From positions 861,325-925,324 of the forward strand of contig NW_003314292.1 of the NCBI RefSeq assembly GCF_000143415.4: a stretch of DNA of 64,000 nt, in the 5' to 3' direction. The DNA is from Selaginella moellendorffii (lineage: Eukaryota; Plantae; Lycopodiophyta). This document shows positions 11,883-24,573 of the stretch, one piece after another. Below the pieces are notes generated by a model. The model ran no database searches, was not told the origin of the DNA, and saw only the letters and a list, made by a program, of their open reading frames with translations. The position numbers and the translations under genes are program-made. Positions within the stretch are counted from its first letter, which is position 1. Each line of letters starts with the position of its first letter.

Positions 11883-14057
11883 ATGGGATGCGCCAGCGAC
11901 TACGAATGCGAGCTCTGCCGGAGCTCGTATTTCGGGGAATCTCCTGGCGGGGGAGGCGCGGCGGCGTCCAGCGCCTGCGATCCATCGTCGTGGATCAACC
12001 CCGGCGATGTCCGGCACTTGTATCGGATCGGGCGTGGCCAGTTTGGCGATGTGTTTCTCGCCAGCGCCAGATTTCAATCCCAGGAGCGCCAGGTCGCTGT
12101 GAAAATGCTGCCGCTCGTTGGCTCGGAGATGATCGAGACGGTGTTGAGGCGATTCGACGCCGCGCTCTTCGCGTGCCAGGGTCTCAAAGGCGTGAGCGTC
12201 CCTCTCGGGGTTTCGATGAAGAATGGCAAGGTGTGTGTTTCTTTAAGATCTTTCCATATAAGCTCTCTTCTCTATCGTGCTCTTCCAGGTTTGCATTCTA
12301 TCACCTCTGTATGAAGGCTCCGTGGGTGGTCGATTGGCTCATCTCCCGGACAACAGGCTCTCGCCCTCGGAAGCTCTCAAGTAAGCTTTCTCCTAGATTT
12401 GAAAGAGAAAGAGAGCCTCTTTCTCTTTTCTGGCGTTGGAAACCCCTGACACTTCGCTCTCTTTCACGAACTTTACACAGGTATGCCACGGACATAGCCA
12501 AGGGTGTACTCGAGCTCCATTCTCGCGGCGTTCTCTCGCTCAACTTAAAGCCTTGCAACTTTCTCCTCGACCCGAGCAACGACGCCTTCGTCGGAGACCA
12601 CGCGCTCCCGCTGCTCTTCTCCGGATGCAAGAGCTTCCTGGATTTCAAGTTCTACATCGGAACTCCAAACTACATGGCGCCAGAGCAGTGGAGCGTGGAG
12701 ACGAGGGGTCCGCTGGCGTTCGAGACGGACTCGTGGGGATACGCGTGCAGCATTGTGGAGATGGTCACAGGGAAGAGGCCGTGGGAAGACAAGACGCCGC
12801 AAGAGATTTACAACCTGGTGGTTTTGAAAGGTGACAGGCCCAGCGTCCCGTCCGAGTTACCAGCAGCGATACAACGGGTCTTGGAAGATTGCTTCGAGTA
12901 TGACTACCGGAATCGGCCAGACTTCCGCCAAATCCTGGCGACTTTGACGAGGTAAAACTTGTTCTTCACACACCACCTTTGCTAACAAGTGTCGTTGCAG
13001 TCCTGGTTTGAAACGAGGCGACTGGATTCACGTCTACGACGAGCCGAGCAAGCAGACGAAGATCGGGCTGGTGATCGAAGAGGACGACTCCCACGTCCGA
13101 GTGCGCCTGCCGAGACAGCAGATCCAATCCTACTCCCGCGAATCGAGGAAGCTCTGCCTGTGGAAGAACCCGCTGCAAGCCGGAGATCACGTCACAGTGA
13201 AGAAGTCGGCGAGGCGCGGCTGCTGGCGCTACACGCCGCACAACGCCGAGGGCGTGGTGGTGGAAGTTGACAGAGAAGAGATCGTGGTCCGGGTGAAGTT
13301 TTGCAGCTCGCAGGACCTCTGGGAAGGGAGCCCGGACGAGCTGGAGCTGGTCTCGTTTGGAATCACCGTCGGGGACTGGGTTCACAGGTTCACAAACGAG
13401 GATCACCACTACTCGGGCAGTCGGCCGTCCTGCGTCGGGATCGTTCACAGCATCCAACGCGATGGAGAGCTGCAAGTCGCGTTCGTTGGCTGCGACATGC
13501 TCTGGACTGGAGTTCCAACCAGGCTCGCGAAGATCCAGCCGCTCAGAGTCGGGCAGATGGTGCGACTAAGCTGCTGTGCTCGGGGAAGTCCGCGGTTTGA
13601 GTGGCCGTGCAAGGAGAGGAGCGGCCGGATCACCAGGATAATGCCCAACGGCTGCCTGGTTCTCTCGTCGAGCAGCTGGAAGTCGAAGGAGCGGTGGTTT
13701 GGAGATCCGGCACAGGTGGAGCTGATCGAGAGGAAAAAGTACCGCCGCACTGGAAACGATCTCCTGTCGAGCTTGCACTGGGGTCTGATGAATCCGATGG
13801 TGTTTGCGCTGGGAGTGCTGGCAGGAGTTTTGCTCGGAAACTCGATTCTACAATCGAACGCTGCTGCTGCTGCCTCGAGCTGCGATGGGAGAAGCTATTG
13901 GGACCACGAGATTCTGATCACGTACCCGGAGGGCTACAGTTCTTCTCTTACGGAGCCAGCTTCTCTTCCTTCGCCACCATCGCCGGGATGGGTGGTGAGA
14001 ACGTTTAATCGATTTGTTGCTCATCTAGCAGAGAGTGCCGATGATTTCCTTCATTGA
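11883..14057 (+). CDS. KEG-like protein kinase with HERC2/SH3-like repeats (4 exons: 11883-12230, 12289-12380, 12481-12951, 13001-14057)
   Basis: GRGQFG, VAVKML, LNLKPCN, GTPNYMAPEQW, ETDSWG. C-terminal VGDWV/VGIVHSI/VGQMVRL/PRFEWP repeats. Canonical GT-AG introns keep the frame. Confidence 0.88.
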
Positions 14058-14140
14058 CATAGAAAAAGAAAAGCTAACTGTCATTAGTACGCGAAAGAAA
14101 GACTTGAATCTATAGAGGAAGAAAAAAAACGCACAGACCA

Positions 14141-17100
14141 TTAAGAAGAGCAAAGAGCTTCTACTGCCAAGAACTTTTCTCGGACCCCGGGACACGCGGA
14201 AGTGGTAAAGTCGGGAGCCAAGCTGCAGCTTCTCTGTCCAACGCAAGCCTGGAATCCAAATGAGAGAAAACTTAGCTATGAAACAGCGAAAGTAAATGAG
14301 CAAACCTTCTCCACTGTGTTGGATAGATCGTTCGTGTGACAGCTTCCTTCCTTGAAACTCCCGCAACTTCCTTCGGGATTTCCCAAGCTGGCGAAACGTA
14401 TCTGGGAGATGACTTGCTTTTCACCCGGGCACCAGAGCTTCACGGAAGCTGGATGGGATTCATAAACTCGTGCGCAGATCACGTTCGTGGATCTCGTCAC
14501 GAAGTCTATGCTCGATGGATCACCACCGGTTTCTTCGAAAAGGACCAGAAGATTTCCTCTCGGCTTCATCCAAGAACGAGGAACGTGATACCTGGAAAAC
14601 CAGAAAGTTTTACAAGGAATGAAAGGATGGCAAGGAGCACTTTGTTACCAGCGCTGAGATGACTGTCCGCAGCCTGTTAGGCATTTGTTTTGATCGTAGC
14701 TCCCACGATAGTCACAGCTCTCGGGGCAGACCGAGTCCGCAGCTTTATATGCTGGCCAGTATCGTCCAATGCTCTGTCCGTTCACCCACGCTTGACCTTT
14801 ACCCATGCTTGCCAAATCCAATGCAACCGGATCATCTCCGGGTGGAGCATCGAATTCTGTCTGCACTTAAGGAAGAAAACATATTGAAGAAAGCTTCCAC
14901 CAAAAACTTCAATGCTCTTATAATTACCATGTACCATGTCAGAGGCTTTTTTGTCGAGACGGCTGACCAGTTTACGCTACGAGAGCCTTCTACTGTGAAA
15001 AGTTTAAGATCTTCGCCTTTGAGACCGACCTGTTATTGCGGTTAGATAGAATGGAAAGTAATAGTTCAAAAAACCTGGTATGTCCACTCTTGTTTTGACA
15101 AATTCTGATCTCCACCCGGAAGGCCCTTGAGTATCAGCGAACCGCTCAGGCCCGCACTCCAAGTCTCGATAAAGGCTCCAAAATTCTTGAAAGCATCCAA
15201 ACTTTAGCATCCAAAAAGAGTTGGGAAATGGTAGCTTACTTGAAGGCCAACCGTAGCGCTCAGTAGTGCAATTGTATTTGAACCAGGAGCTAGCTTAATA
15301 GGTGCCTCCACCGAATTATATAGAACCGACTTACTAGTATGCCAAGAGCTTTGGAACTGTCCATTCACAAAAATGTGGACAACGTCCCTCATACTTTCAA
15401 TGGAAAGCCATGTTGAACCAGTTCCCGTCGCCTCAACGCTGTAAACTTCCATATACACCTGCTTTTACAGAAAGATAGCAACATACCTTGTCGTGTACCA
15501 CAGATAATCACTCGTGTCTTTAGTCGTCTCCATTTGCTCCAGTAGCTGCTTAGCTTTGAAACTTGATCCCGAGATTCCTACAGGTTCATCGAATGATGTC
15601 CATGATAAGCTCGATTTTGAAGGATTCATGCTCACAACCGCAGATTGCGATTTCACCTGCGAGTATCTTAGAGGAAAAGAAAAAAAGTAACAAAAAGAAG
15701 GCAGAACAAACCTTTGCGGAGTTGAATGCCACGGTTTTGCAATCAAGAACAATGCTCACAGACCAAGCTGGCAGGGAATAGGAAACGTTTCTAAACTCTA
15801 CAACTGTGTCGTTCATACTGTCGACGTTGGCAAGGAATGCCACACATCCGTTTCCATATGAATAGACATGGGCCTGCAACTTAGCTTGATAAGAAACACG
15901 AACATTCAAACTGAGAAACACCTCTTGATTTGGACCGAGTTCACTATGCTGTCCTTCGCTTGACAAAATAACTTCTTCGCCCAGTTTTAGCGTTTCGTGA
16001 AGGTCCTTCAAGTGTCCCCACTTAGGAAGATGCTGCATGCCTTCAACTCAAAACAAAAACTTTTAAGCAACTCAACTTGAGCATGATTTTTACCATATTC
16101 ATCTAAAGGTGCGTCGTAGTCATAGCTACTTGCGACATATGGACCACCTGACGTCCTCCCAAAATTTGTTCCCCCAAAATACTACACGCATTTAGCACGA
16201 TCAGTTTCGAGACGATGATATCAAAACCCAGACCATGTAATAGTTGTGGAAGCTACCCCCGCGTTCAAAAAATCGTGCAACTGCGAAGGCAATGTCCTCC
16301 ACAGGCCTGTGCGGAAGTGGCCATCCATAATATGTGAACCTACAACCAAAAGACGGACATACAAACTGCTTCTAAGGAATAGAATGAGTTGTGCTTTACC
16401 AGCCAGTGTAGCTTTCAGTCCACATAGTTGGCTTCTTGTATAGAGTTGGATTCCAGCCGTCGCAATACATTCCATTGCAGGTGTCAATCTGCACACAAGC
16501 AAGATACTTAGAATGTAAGAGACAAGATCAAGTTGCTAAAAATTACGATGTACTCGGGAACTTTAGACTGCGCACACATTATCCAAGGGACGCCTGTGTT
16601 TTGAGCTTGAGCCATCTCAGCTGCCCAGTTTATGTACCTCACACCAGCCTCCCCATAATGCGAATCAACGTTGCCGTATTCGTTTTCAACCTGAGCTAGA
16701 ATTATAGGACCGCCCTGGGAAGCAAACAAGTTTTCTTCTTTCATCATGTTTACGATCTTTGTCAAGAAACTTTGCATATATTTCTGTAAGGTACCAGGTA
16801 GCATCAGTCAGGTTAGCAAAGAACGAAGCGAAATTTACTTTGAAAGGCTCGTTGTCTGTCCTGAAGACAATATGGGGAATGTCCCTTAGCCAGATGGGAA
16901 ATCCTCTGCTTACACAGCAATTCTTCTCACTGGAGTTGAAAAAGAAAATGAAATGCTTGGTTGCAACGTACCCGAGGTTCCATTCTGCACAAACGTATGG
17001 GCCGATCCGGAGATTCACAAGAAGCCCAGCTTGCTGCACGAGTTTCACGAATTTCACCAAGTCGTATCGACCCTCAAAGTAGTACTACATGAACAAAAGA

Positions 17101-17451
17101 GAACAACTTAGGAGAAAACTTGACAAGAAAAAACGAAGGACATTGAAAAGCTCACCTGTCCTGGAGATGGTTCATGCCGATCCCAGAACACATACGTTTC
17201 AATCACATCCAGCCCACCTTCCTTTGCCTTCTGGATGATCCCCGGCCACATCTGATGTATCAAAACAAGAAGATCTATTTAGCAGTAGCAAAGAGCTGGC
17301 AGACCTCGGGTGTCGCTCGAGGATAGTGCACGGATCCAGACAGAAGAATCCTCCGTTTCCCATTCAGTATAAGCGATCGATGATCATAGGAAACGTTCTG
17401 CGCCGCGGAGAGCTGGAGCAGCAGCACCAGAGCAAGCGAGAGCAGCCACAT
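14141..17451 (-). CDS. BGAL: Glycoside hydrolase family 35 beta-galactosidase with C-terminal galactose-binding (SUEL) lectin domain, many short introns
   Basis: Signal peptide followed by NVSYDHR; [72 protein letters not shown]; ends LAVEALCSS* at 14141. Confidence 0.95.
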
Positions 17452-17926
17452 TTTCTCCTTTCTTCGTCCTGGAGCTGCCGAGGGCCGATCTTAACTGCGA
17501 AAACTCTGCCAACGCTTGACTTGTGACCATCGTGTCGTATCTGTTGGCCTGCGTTTTCCATGATAGCCCTTGTCGGTATCGCTCGCTCTCCTGAAACTGT
17601 CGATCAAGACACGCATTTTGGATCACGGAATCATACCTCTTGGCTTGAGCGGGGATACTCGCATCGATGGCAGCGGCGCCAGAAGAAACATCGCTGCCCG
17701 ACAGCGAAAATAATGGCGATACCGGTACAAGAATCCCCTCATCAGTCAGGACGGAGGCGCGATTGCATCGAGGGAATGCTGTGCTTGAGAATCTATTCCC
17801 CGGCGCTCAAGAACCCTAGCATGCTTGGAATGCGCGCCAACGTTCTAGAACCCTAAGGAATATTCTTCCCCGTAACAAATATTCTTGTCAAGAGCCTATA
17901 AAAAGGGCAAATGATTTTTAGGGTTT

Positions 17927-19006
17927 ATGGCGGCTATGGAGCAGGCTATGGCGGATGCAGCGTTTGCCAGAAAGGGCGGCCAAGTTCCTGTGGCTCTCGA
18001 GGAAGCTGTTCGCGAGACGCTCGAGATGAGGAGGGTGATCACCGCGTTCCGGCGGGATTGCTTGCACTTTAGGGAAGGAGGCTTGCTGTACGAGATCGTG
18101 AAATCGTGGTATGACGAGCGCTACGCAGCTGAGCGTTCCACGGACTACCCCGAGGTCAGCTCCAATCTCTCTTTTTTCTTGTTTATCTCATCCACGACGT
18201 TTATAGTCGCTAGAGCGGAGGAACCCTTACGCAGCGTTCAAGGGAAAACATCCTGAGTTGGCCGAGTGGTATGGAGAGCTCGATTTTTTGCTCCAAGAAA
18301 TCCCCGTCGGGAACTCCGCCACCACTGTGCTGAACCTCCCTTTGGATTCGGGTAGGATTGATCTGCGCGTGTTTCTTGTTCTGAGCTCGGTCTTGTTAAA
18401 ACAGGTGATGCCTCTCGCGCTCTCGAGCCCGACGGGATCCTCTCCCGGATAATCTCTCCGTGTCCCTTTCTCACGCACGGCGAGAACGTCGCTCTTGCCG
18501 TCCTCGACGCGAGGCTGTGGCTGTGCCGCTCTGCTCTGCCGCTGGCGATCGGGCAGGAAACATCGTGTGAGTGTGATCGAATTCATTTCAACTTTGTTGC
18601 AAGGCTGACGCGTGAGTGCTTGCATGAAACAGACTGGGACGCATCTGGCGGTGGCGGTGGTGTTGTCTTGCCCAAGAGGCCGACTTTACCTTCAACGTTT
18701 TATGTTTTACTCCAGGAGTCGGCTGTGCAGGTGCACGCTACGCTCCTCAGGCATTCCAGCAACAGGCTGTACGAGCTGGCTCCGTCGGATTTCACAGACG
18801 ACAAGCGGGAATGCTTCTGGGCACGCATGGCTCGAGTGCGCTTCCCGCATGTTGACAACCGAGGGATGTCGAGCAGGGAGTTTGCCGCCACGCTCGCCCG
18901 CAGTAGCGCGGGAGAAGATCGCGACTTGGACTATTTGGAGTGCTGGCGGGAGGATGAAACGAGGGACATGTACAGGCTGTTGGCGATGTTCATCCATGAT
19001 CGGTAA
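17927..19006 (+). CDS. Hypothetical protein (about 4 exons), no recognised family
   Basis: TATA-like ctataaaa at ~17897. GC-rich open segments linked by short GT-AG introns (~18154, ~18352, ~18568). Final exon ends ...LLAMFIHDR*. Confidence 0.55.
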
Positions 19007-19189
19007 GTAGACTAGTTGTTTGGTTCCTCACTTAGTTGTTTGGTTTTTGGTTCCTCACTTGAGAATCTGTCTTTTGGTTTTCCAGGACACCTGAGATGCA
19101 CGAAGAACAGATGGAAAAACTGGCCAAAGAAGAAGAGGAAGAAGAGGAAGTTGGGAGGTAAGACTTTCGACTGGCAAGACAAGCAGTTC

Positions 19190-19783
19190 TTCCAAATGAA
19201 TGACGGCAAGCCTGTGATCGAATCCAAACAACAATGTGATGTGAGTTGCCGTGAAGAAAAAAGCAAGTACCTTTCCAAATGTTGCGGAAGCATTTCTTGG
19301 TCCGTGATCTTCTGTCGAGGCTGGCGAAGCTTTGGACCGCCACAGTTATCTTGGTCTCCAAGGCCTTCATCTTGTCTACGACGTCGGCTTCGCGCCTCTA
19401 GCGTCCAAGTTGCGAAGAAGCCTGCGCTTTCGTTCCAGCTCCGTAACAGACCTGAGAAGAAGAAAGCACAGAGAATAAGAGCTTGGTTCCAGATCGAAAG
19501 TAGAAGCATTACCTTGACCTGTTCATACAATTTCGTAAAGTCTATCCAAAGTTCCAGCGTGACTCCCGGCCTCGATGTCAAATCCACTGGGCGAGCTCAG
19601 AACCAATGCCCGAGCGAAAGAGCGCTCAGCAATCGGGACCAATGATCCGAGATGCACGATCATCGAACAAAGAATCAAACTCAACCTTATGAAACCATAG
19701 TTCCTTAACCTCTCTTGAGCTGGACTTCGCCCGCCTCCAGTCCCACCACTGCACTCCACTGGAGCTCGCGGCGCCTCCTCCAC
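19190..19783 (-). pseudogene. DUF632-family (NRG2/APSR1-like) gene fragment
   Basis: Frameshifted pieces GSHAGTLDRLY, KLYEQVK|intron, ERKRRLLRNLDARG, DKMKALETKITVAVQSF, DQEMLPQ and ITGL..IWK match the DUF632 pattern HASTLxRLYAWEKKLYxEVK. Partial copy at ~22350-22735. Confidence 0.65.
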
Positions 19784-20869
19784 CTCACTGTTCTCGGTCG
19801 ATCCTATTGATTCTGCCGTATGAGTTGTAATCGCGCAATCTATGAGTGGAGCTCGTCGGAAGCTCTGAACTGGTCTTGAATATCCGGGACTTGCTGGAGC
19901 TGGACGTCGTTAAGTAGAACTTCCGTTTAGGCCATCTTTCTTTCGCGTAATTTATCCCCATGGTGCTGCTTTGTCGATCACATCCACGCCAGTTGTCGAA
20001 GAATACATGTGTGATGCCTTTGATGTACGCTTTACAAGCTTTGTCTAGGAAGAACAGGGACCTTGGGCGCTTGTCAGCATAAAGCATAACATCCGCTTCA
20101 CGTTCAGGATGCTCTTGAAGTATCATGACGAGGAGGCTCTGTTGCAGTTTCCAAGGTAGTATAAGAATCGTGCTAATATCTGGTTTCGAAAGAATAGCCA
20201 TTTAGATGAATTATGTGAGAAATGGAGCTCATTATTCTAGAAGATTTGCCTAGAGCCATACAACTAGGACCTTTGGGTTGGGGGTTCGAATCCCCCGAGT
20301 GGCGTCTTTGCCTCGTGTTGCATGGCAGCCCCTTTTGCAGCTTTGGCATACAGGGGACTGTAGCCTACCGACACACGCAACATTCACATTTACTAAATGT
20401 ATAGATACGTTGTAAGAACGTATTTTCTGCAGGTATGGGGTCCCGAGGTCGACTCTCGGAACGCCCTCCATTCCAGTCTACGGAAGCTCAAGACTAAATA
20501 CACTACAAGACGAGCTCTCTCGATCATGTTAAACACGAATTGGAACCGACATGAATTGGAACTCTACCCCTTCTGTGACCTTTCGCAGCACGTCAACCTG
20601 GTGGCACACGGAGTGGTGATCCTGCTGGAGCTACGTGTACTTCGCGCTGAGCTGCTCAAAGTCGAGCGAGCTCTCCGGAGCCTCGAGCTGCTGAGCTTGC
20701 CAAAGATCAAAGAACATAACTCTAAAACTTGTATTTTTAAAATCTTCATATGCGATAAAAGTCCATTACTTTGATCACAATGTAGCTCGTTTTGTCAAAC
20801 CAACTCACATGTTTTTACTTGTTAGCTAAGAACTAGGATTCCTTGCTACTACCTCTGGAGTTGCCTCTA

Positions 20870-21240
20870 ATGGATTCTAAAGCACTACAGCTTCTTATCC
20901 TCAGCTTGGTTTCAATTGTCCATTTCCCCAACTGCGGGACTTCTCAGTGCGATCGAGCTCATCTTCTCAAAGAATGCGTCCCGTGTGTGGCATCTGGCAC
21001 TGTTCTTGAGCATCCAGACGTCAATTGTTGCAAAGCAGTGAATGCTCTAGGCCACAACTGCTTGTGTTCACTCATTGTTTCTTCTACTGGTGTTCTTGCC
21101 AAAGAAACAATGAAGAGATATGTAGAGTCCTGTCAAGTAGTGCTCCCAGAGGATTACCAATGTGAGTTCAATGATCAAAGTGTTTGTAGTTACTAAAATT
21201 TATTATGCTATTGTTCTTTGCAGGTGAAGGCATCATGTAA
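20870..21240 (+). CDS. nsLTP/8-cysteine-motif protein, copy 1 (exons 20870-21161, 21224-21240; 102 aa)
   Basis: Signal peptide; C-x8-C-x2-C-x13-CC-x9-CxC-x21-C-x9-C; ends LPEDYQC|EGIM. Confidence 0.85.
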
Positions 21241-21430
21241 TGTAAGTATGGATACATGTAAACTTTCTAGTTATATACGTATTTCTATGCAAGTTGAATT
21301 TTAATTATAAACTTAAGACCATTTGGTTCACTAGATTTTTAGAAAACTTGCACAGAATTAACTTTTGGCTTTTGTATAAATCTCAAAGAAATTCTCAACA
21401 TAAAACATCAATTCATCAATCCATTTTTTA

Positions 21431-22012
21431 ATGGCAACTTCAGTCGTGTTTTGCTTCGTTCTCTGCACCTTTCTGGTTCAAGTCAGTGTGGGTTTGCTTG
21501 TACAATATGGCTCCACCACAGTCGGGAATGGCAACTTCGTCTCATTGAGCAGCACCAGTTCAGCCCCTACAGTTGACATTGAAGGATTTGGGAAGAATGG
21601 CACTACTCGTCTCTTCTCTGTGGTCATGGCAGATCAAAAGGCATTGGTAGCGTCAAATAAAGTTTATCCCTACATCAACTTTTGGATTGCAAACATTCCA
21701 GCCGGCAGCACTGGTAAGTAATATATATTTTGGTTTACAAAACTTTACAAATCATGGTGGCTTGGTACAGGAGCTGTGAAGGACAGCATTTTGGAGCCTT
21801 ATGTATCTCCTTCCAACACCAGCAAGAACATTCCATACCCAAATCCATTCAATGCAAGGAACCACACGTATGATTTCGTGCTTGTACCACAGAGGAATCC
21901 CTTGGTGAAGCCCATGGATAGTCGACTTGTCAACTCACTGGCTGATATCATCCAGCAATACCACTGCGGAAGCCCTCTCCAAACGGTCTCCTTTACGACA
22001 TCACTCCATTGA
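21431..22012 (+). CDS. Secreted divergent PEBP (FT/TFL1/MFT-like fold), copy 1 (exons 21431-21713, 21771-22012; 174 aa)
   Basis: Colinear with FT: LLVQYGSTTVGNG ~ LKVTYGQREVTNG; PTVDIEG ~ PRVEIGG; FSVVMAD ~ YTLVMVD; IANIPA ~ VTDIPA; YVSPS ~ YENPS; HTYDFVL; YHCGSPL ~ YNLGLPV. N-terminal hydrophobic signal. Confidence 0.82.
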
Positions 22013-22734
22013 TGTTATTTTGATATTGATATAAGAGGCATGACTCAATGAGTTGAAAGTACTGAGTGATTCTAGAATTTCCATTTATGGAAAAAGGCCA
22101 TCTTTCTTTCGCGAAGTTTATCCTCATGTCCACGCCAGGAGTGCATTCTATGTGTTGTAATTGTGCAATCTGCGAGTGGATCTCATCGGAAGCTCTGAAC
22201 TGGTTTTGAATATCCGGGCCTTGCTGGAGCTGGACGTCGTTAAGTAGAAGTTTTAGCCCCATGGGCTTTGTTGATCAAATCCACGCCAGGAGTGCATTCC
22301 ATAAACGTCTCTTCTTGTCGAAGAATACATGTGATGCCTTTGATGTAGCCTGCGCTTTCGTTCCAGCTCCGTACCAGACCTGAGAAGAAGAAAGCACAGA
22401 GAATAAGAGCTTAGTTCCAGATCGAAAGGAGAAGCATTACCTTGACCTTGACCTGTTCATACAATTTCGTAAAGTCTATCAGCGTGACTACTCCCAGCCT
22501 CGATGTCAAATCCACAGGGCGAGCTCAGGGATCTCGGCGACCAATGTCCGAGCGAAAGGACGCTCAGCAACCGGGACGAATGATCCGAGATGCACGATCA
22601 TCGAACAAAGAAAGAAAAAACTCAAACTTATGAAACCATAGTTTTCTTGAGCTGGTCCAGTCCCACCACTGCACTCACTGGAGCTCGTGGCGCCTCCTCC
22701 ACCTCACTATTCTCGGTCGATCCAATTGATTCTA

Positions 22735-22996
22735 CAGCGGCCGCATTCTCTTTCCTGGATTGACACTAGAATCCACTCCGCGCTCAAAATTTCCTTTCTA
22801 GCGGGAAATATATGTAGAAGCAAGAACTCTACTTAACAATCCACTAACTTTTAAACGGAAACTTTCTCTTAGCAAAAATCGTTCTTAGTGGGTGGAATGG
22901 AAAAAGAAATTTAGTTTGTCGACTTCCTCCATCTTGCTCCCCTCGGCATCGTTCCCTTCCTCGAGTGGCGGCATCTCAACGTCGGCGGCATCGCCC
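22735..22996 (-). pseudogene. Duplicated 3' end of HSP90 (last ~25 codons including MEEVD plus downstream flank)
   Basis: Matches 28454-28799 (gtcgacttcctccatcttgctcccctcggc...); stop codon context altered. Confidence 0.9.
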
Positions 22997-23372
22997 CAGC
23001 TGGAGACAAGAGAAGACTTGAATATCTATCTATCTGCTGAGCTATGGTCACGAGGGAAGAGCCTTCGATCGTCAATTTTCCTTCGCACTTCGGCCATTTT
23101 TGCTATAATAGGCGAAAGACTATAGGCAAAAGTTGGGTTTGGGCATGCAATGTACAGTTGTTTGACTAAGCAAGTTGTAACAACCTAAGAGAGAGTGACA
23201 AAGGTTCTTATTTCCTACTGGTCCGAGTAAAATATTTCGCTTGTATTTTTAAAATCTTCATATGTGATAAAAGTCCATTACTTTGATTACAATGTAGCTC
23301 GTTTTGTCAAACAATCTCACATGTTTGTATTTGTTATAGGCTTCCTTGCTGCTACCTGTGGAGTTGCCTCTA

Positions 23373-23743
23373 ATGGATTCTAAAGCACTACAGCTTCTTA
23401 TCCTCAGCTTGGTTTCAATTGGCCATTTCCCCAATTGGGGGACTTCTCAGTGCGATCGAGCTCATCTTCTCAAAGAATGCGTCCCGTGTGTGGCATCTGG
23501 CACTGTTCTTGAGCATCCCGACGTCAATTGCTGCAAAGCAGTGAATGTTCTAGGCCACAACTGCTTGTGTTCACTCATTGTTTCTTCTACTGGTGTTCTT
23601 GCCAAAGAAACAATGAAGAGATATGTAGAGTCCTGTCAAGTAGTGCTCCCAGAGGATTACCAATGTAAGTTCTATGATCAAAGTGTTTGTAGTCACTAAA
23701 ATTTGTTATGCTATTGTTCTTTGCAGGTGAAGGCATCATGTAA
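23373..23743 (+). CDS. nsLTP/8CM protein, copy 2
   Basis: Intact near-identical copy of 20870-21240. Confidence 0.85.
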
Positions 23744-23991
23744 GGGAAGTTGTGTATGTATTTATATGCAAATACTTTCTAGTTATATACGTATTTATAT
23801 GCAAGTTTGTTCTTGGTGTTTTCTAATTTCAGCCTATACCATTCTTATTATAAACTTAAGACCATTTGGTTCACTAGAATTTTAGAAAGCTTGCACAATT
23901 TATCAAAGGCATGGACGGAATTAACTATGGCCTTTTGTATAAATCAAAGAAATTCTCAACATAAAACATCAATTCCTCAATCCATTTTTTA

Positions 23992-24573
23992 ATGGCAACT
24001 TCAGTGGTGTTTTGCTTCGTTCTCTGCTCCTTTCTGATTCAAGTTAGTGTGGGTTTGCTTGTACAATATGGCTCCACCACAGTCGGGAATGGCAACTTCG
24101 TCTCATTGAGCAGCACTGATTCTGCCCCTACAGTTGACATTGAAGGCTTTGGGAAGAATGGCACTACTCGTCTCTTCTCGGTGGTCATGGCAGATCAAAA
24201 GGCATTGGTAGCGTCAAATAAAGTTTATCCCTACATCAACTTTTGGATTGCAAACATTCCAGCCGGCAGCACTGGTAAGTAATATATATTTTGGTCTACA
24301 AATCTTTACAAATCATGGTGGCTTGGTACAGGAGCTGTGAAGGGCAGCATTTTGGAGCCTTATGTATCTCCTTCCAACACCAGCAAGAACATTCCATACC
24401 CAAATCCATTCAATGCAAGGAACCACACGTATGATTTCGTGCTTGTACCACAGAGGAATCCCTTGGTGAAGCCCATGGATAGTCGACTTGTCAACTCACT
24501 GGCTGACATCATTCAGCAGTACCACTGTGGAAGCCCTCTCCAAACCGTCTCCTTTACGACATCACTCTATTGA
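23992..24573 (+). CDS. Secreted divergent PEBP-like protein, copy 2
   Basis: Intact two-exon copy. Confidence 0.82.

Noticed and set aside
11870-12955. 361-aa ORF as a standalone protein
   Set aside because: Only its end is kinase exon 3; the rest is off-frame read-through of exons and introns.
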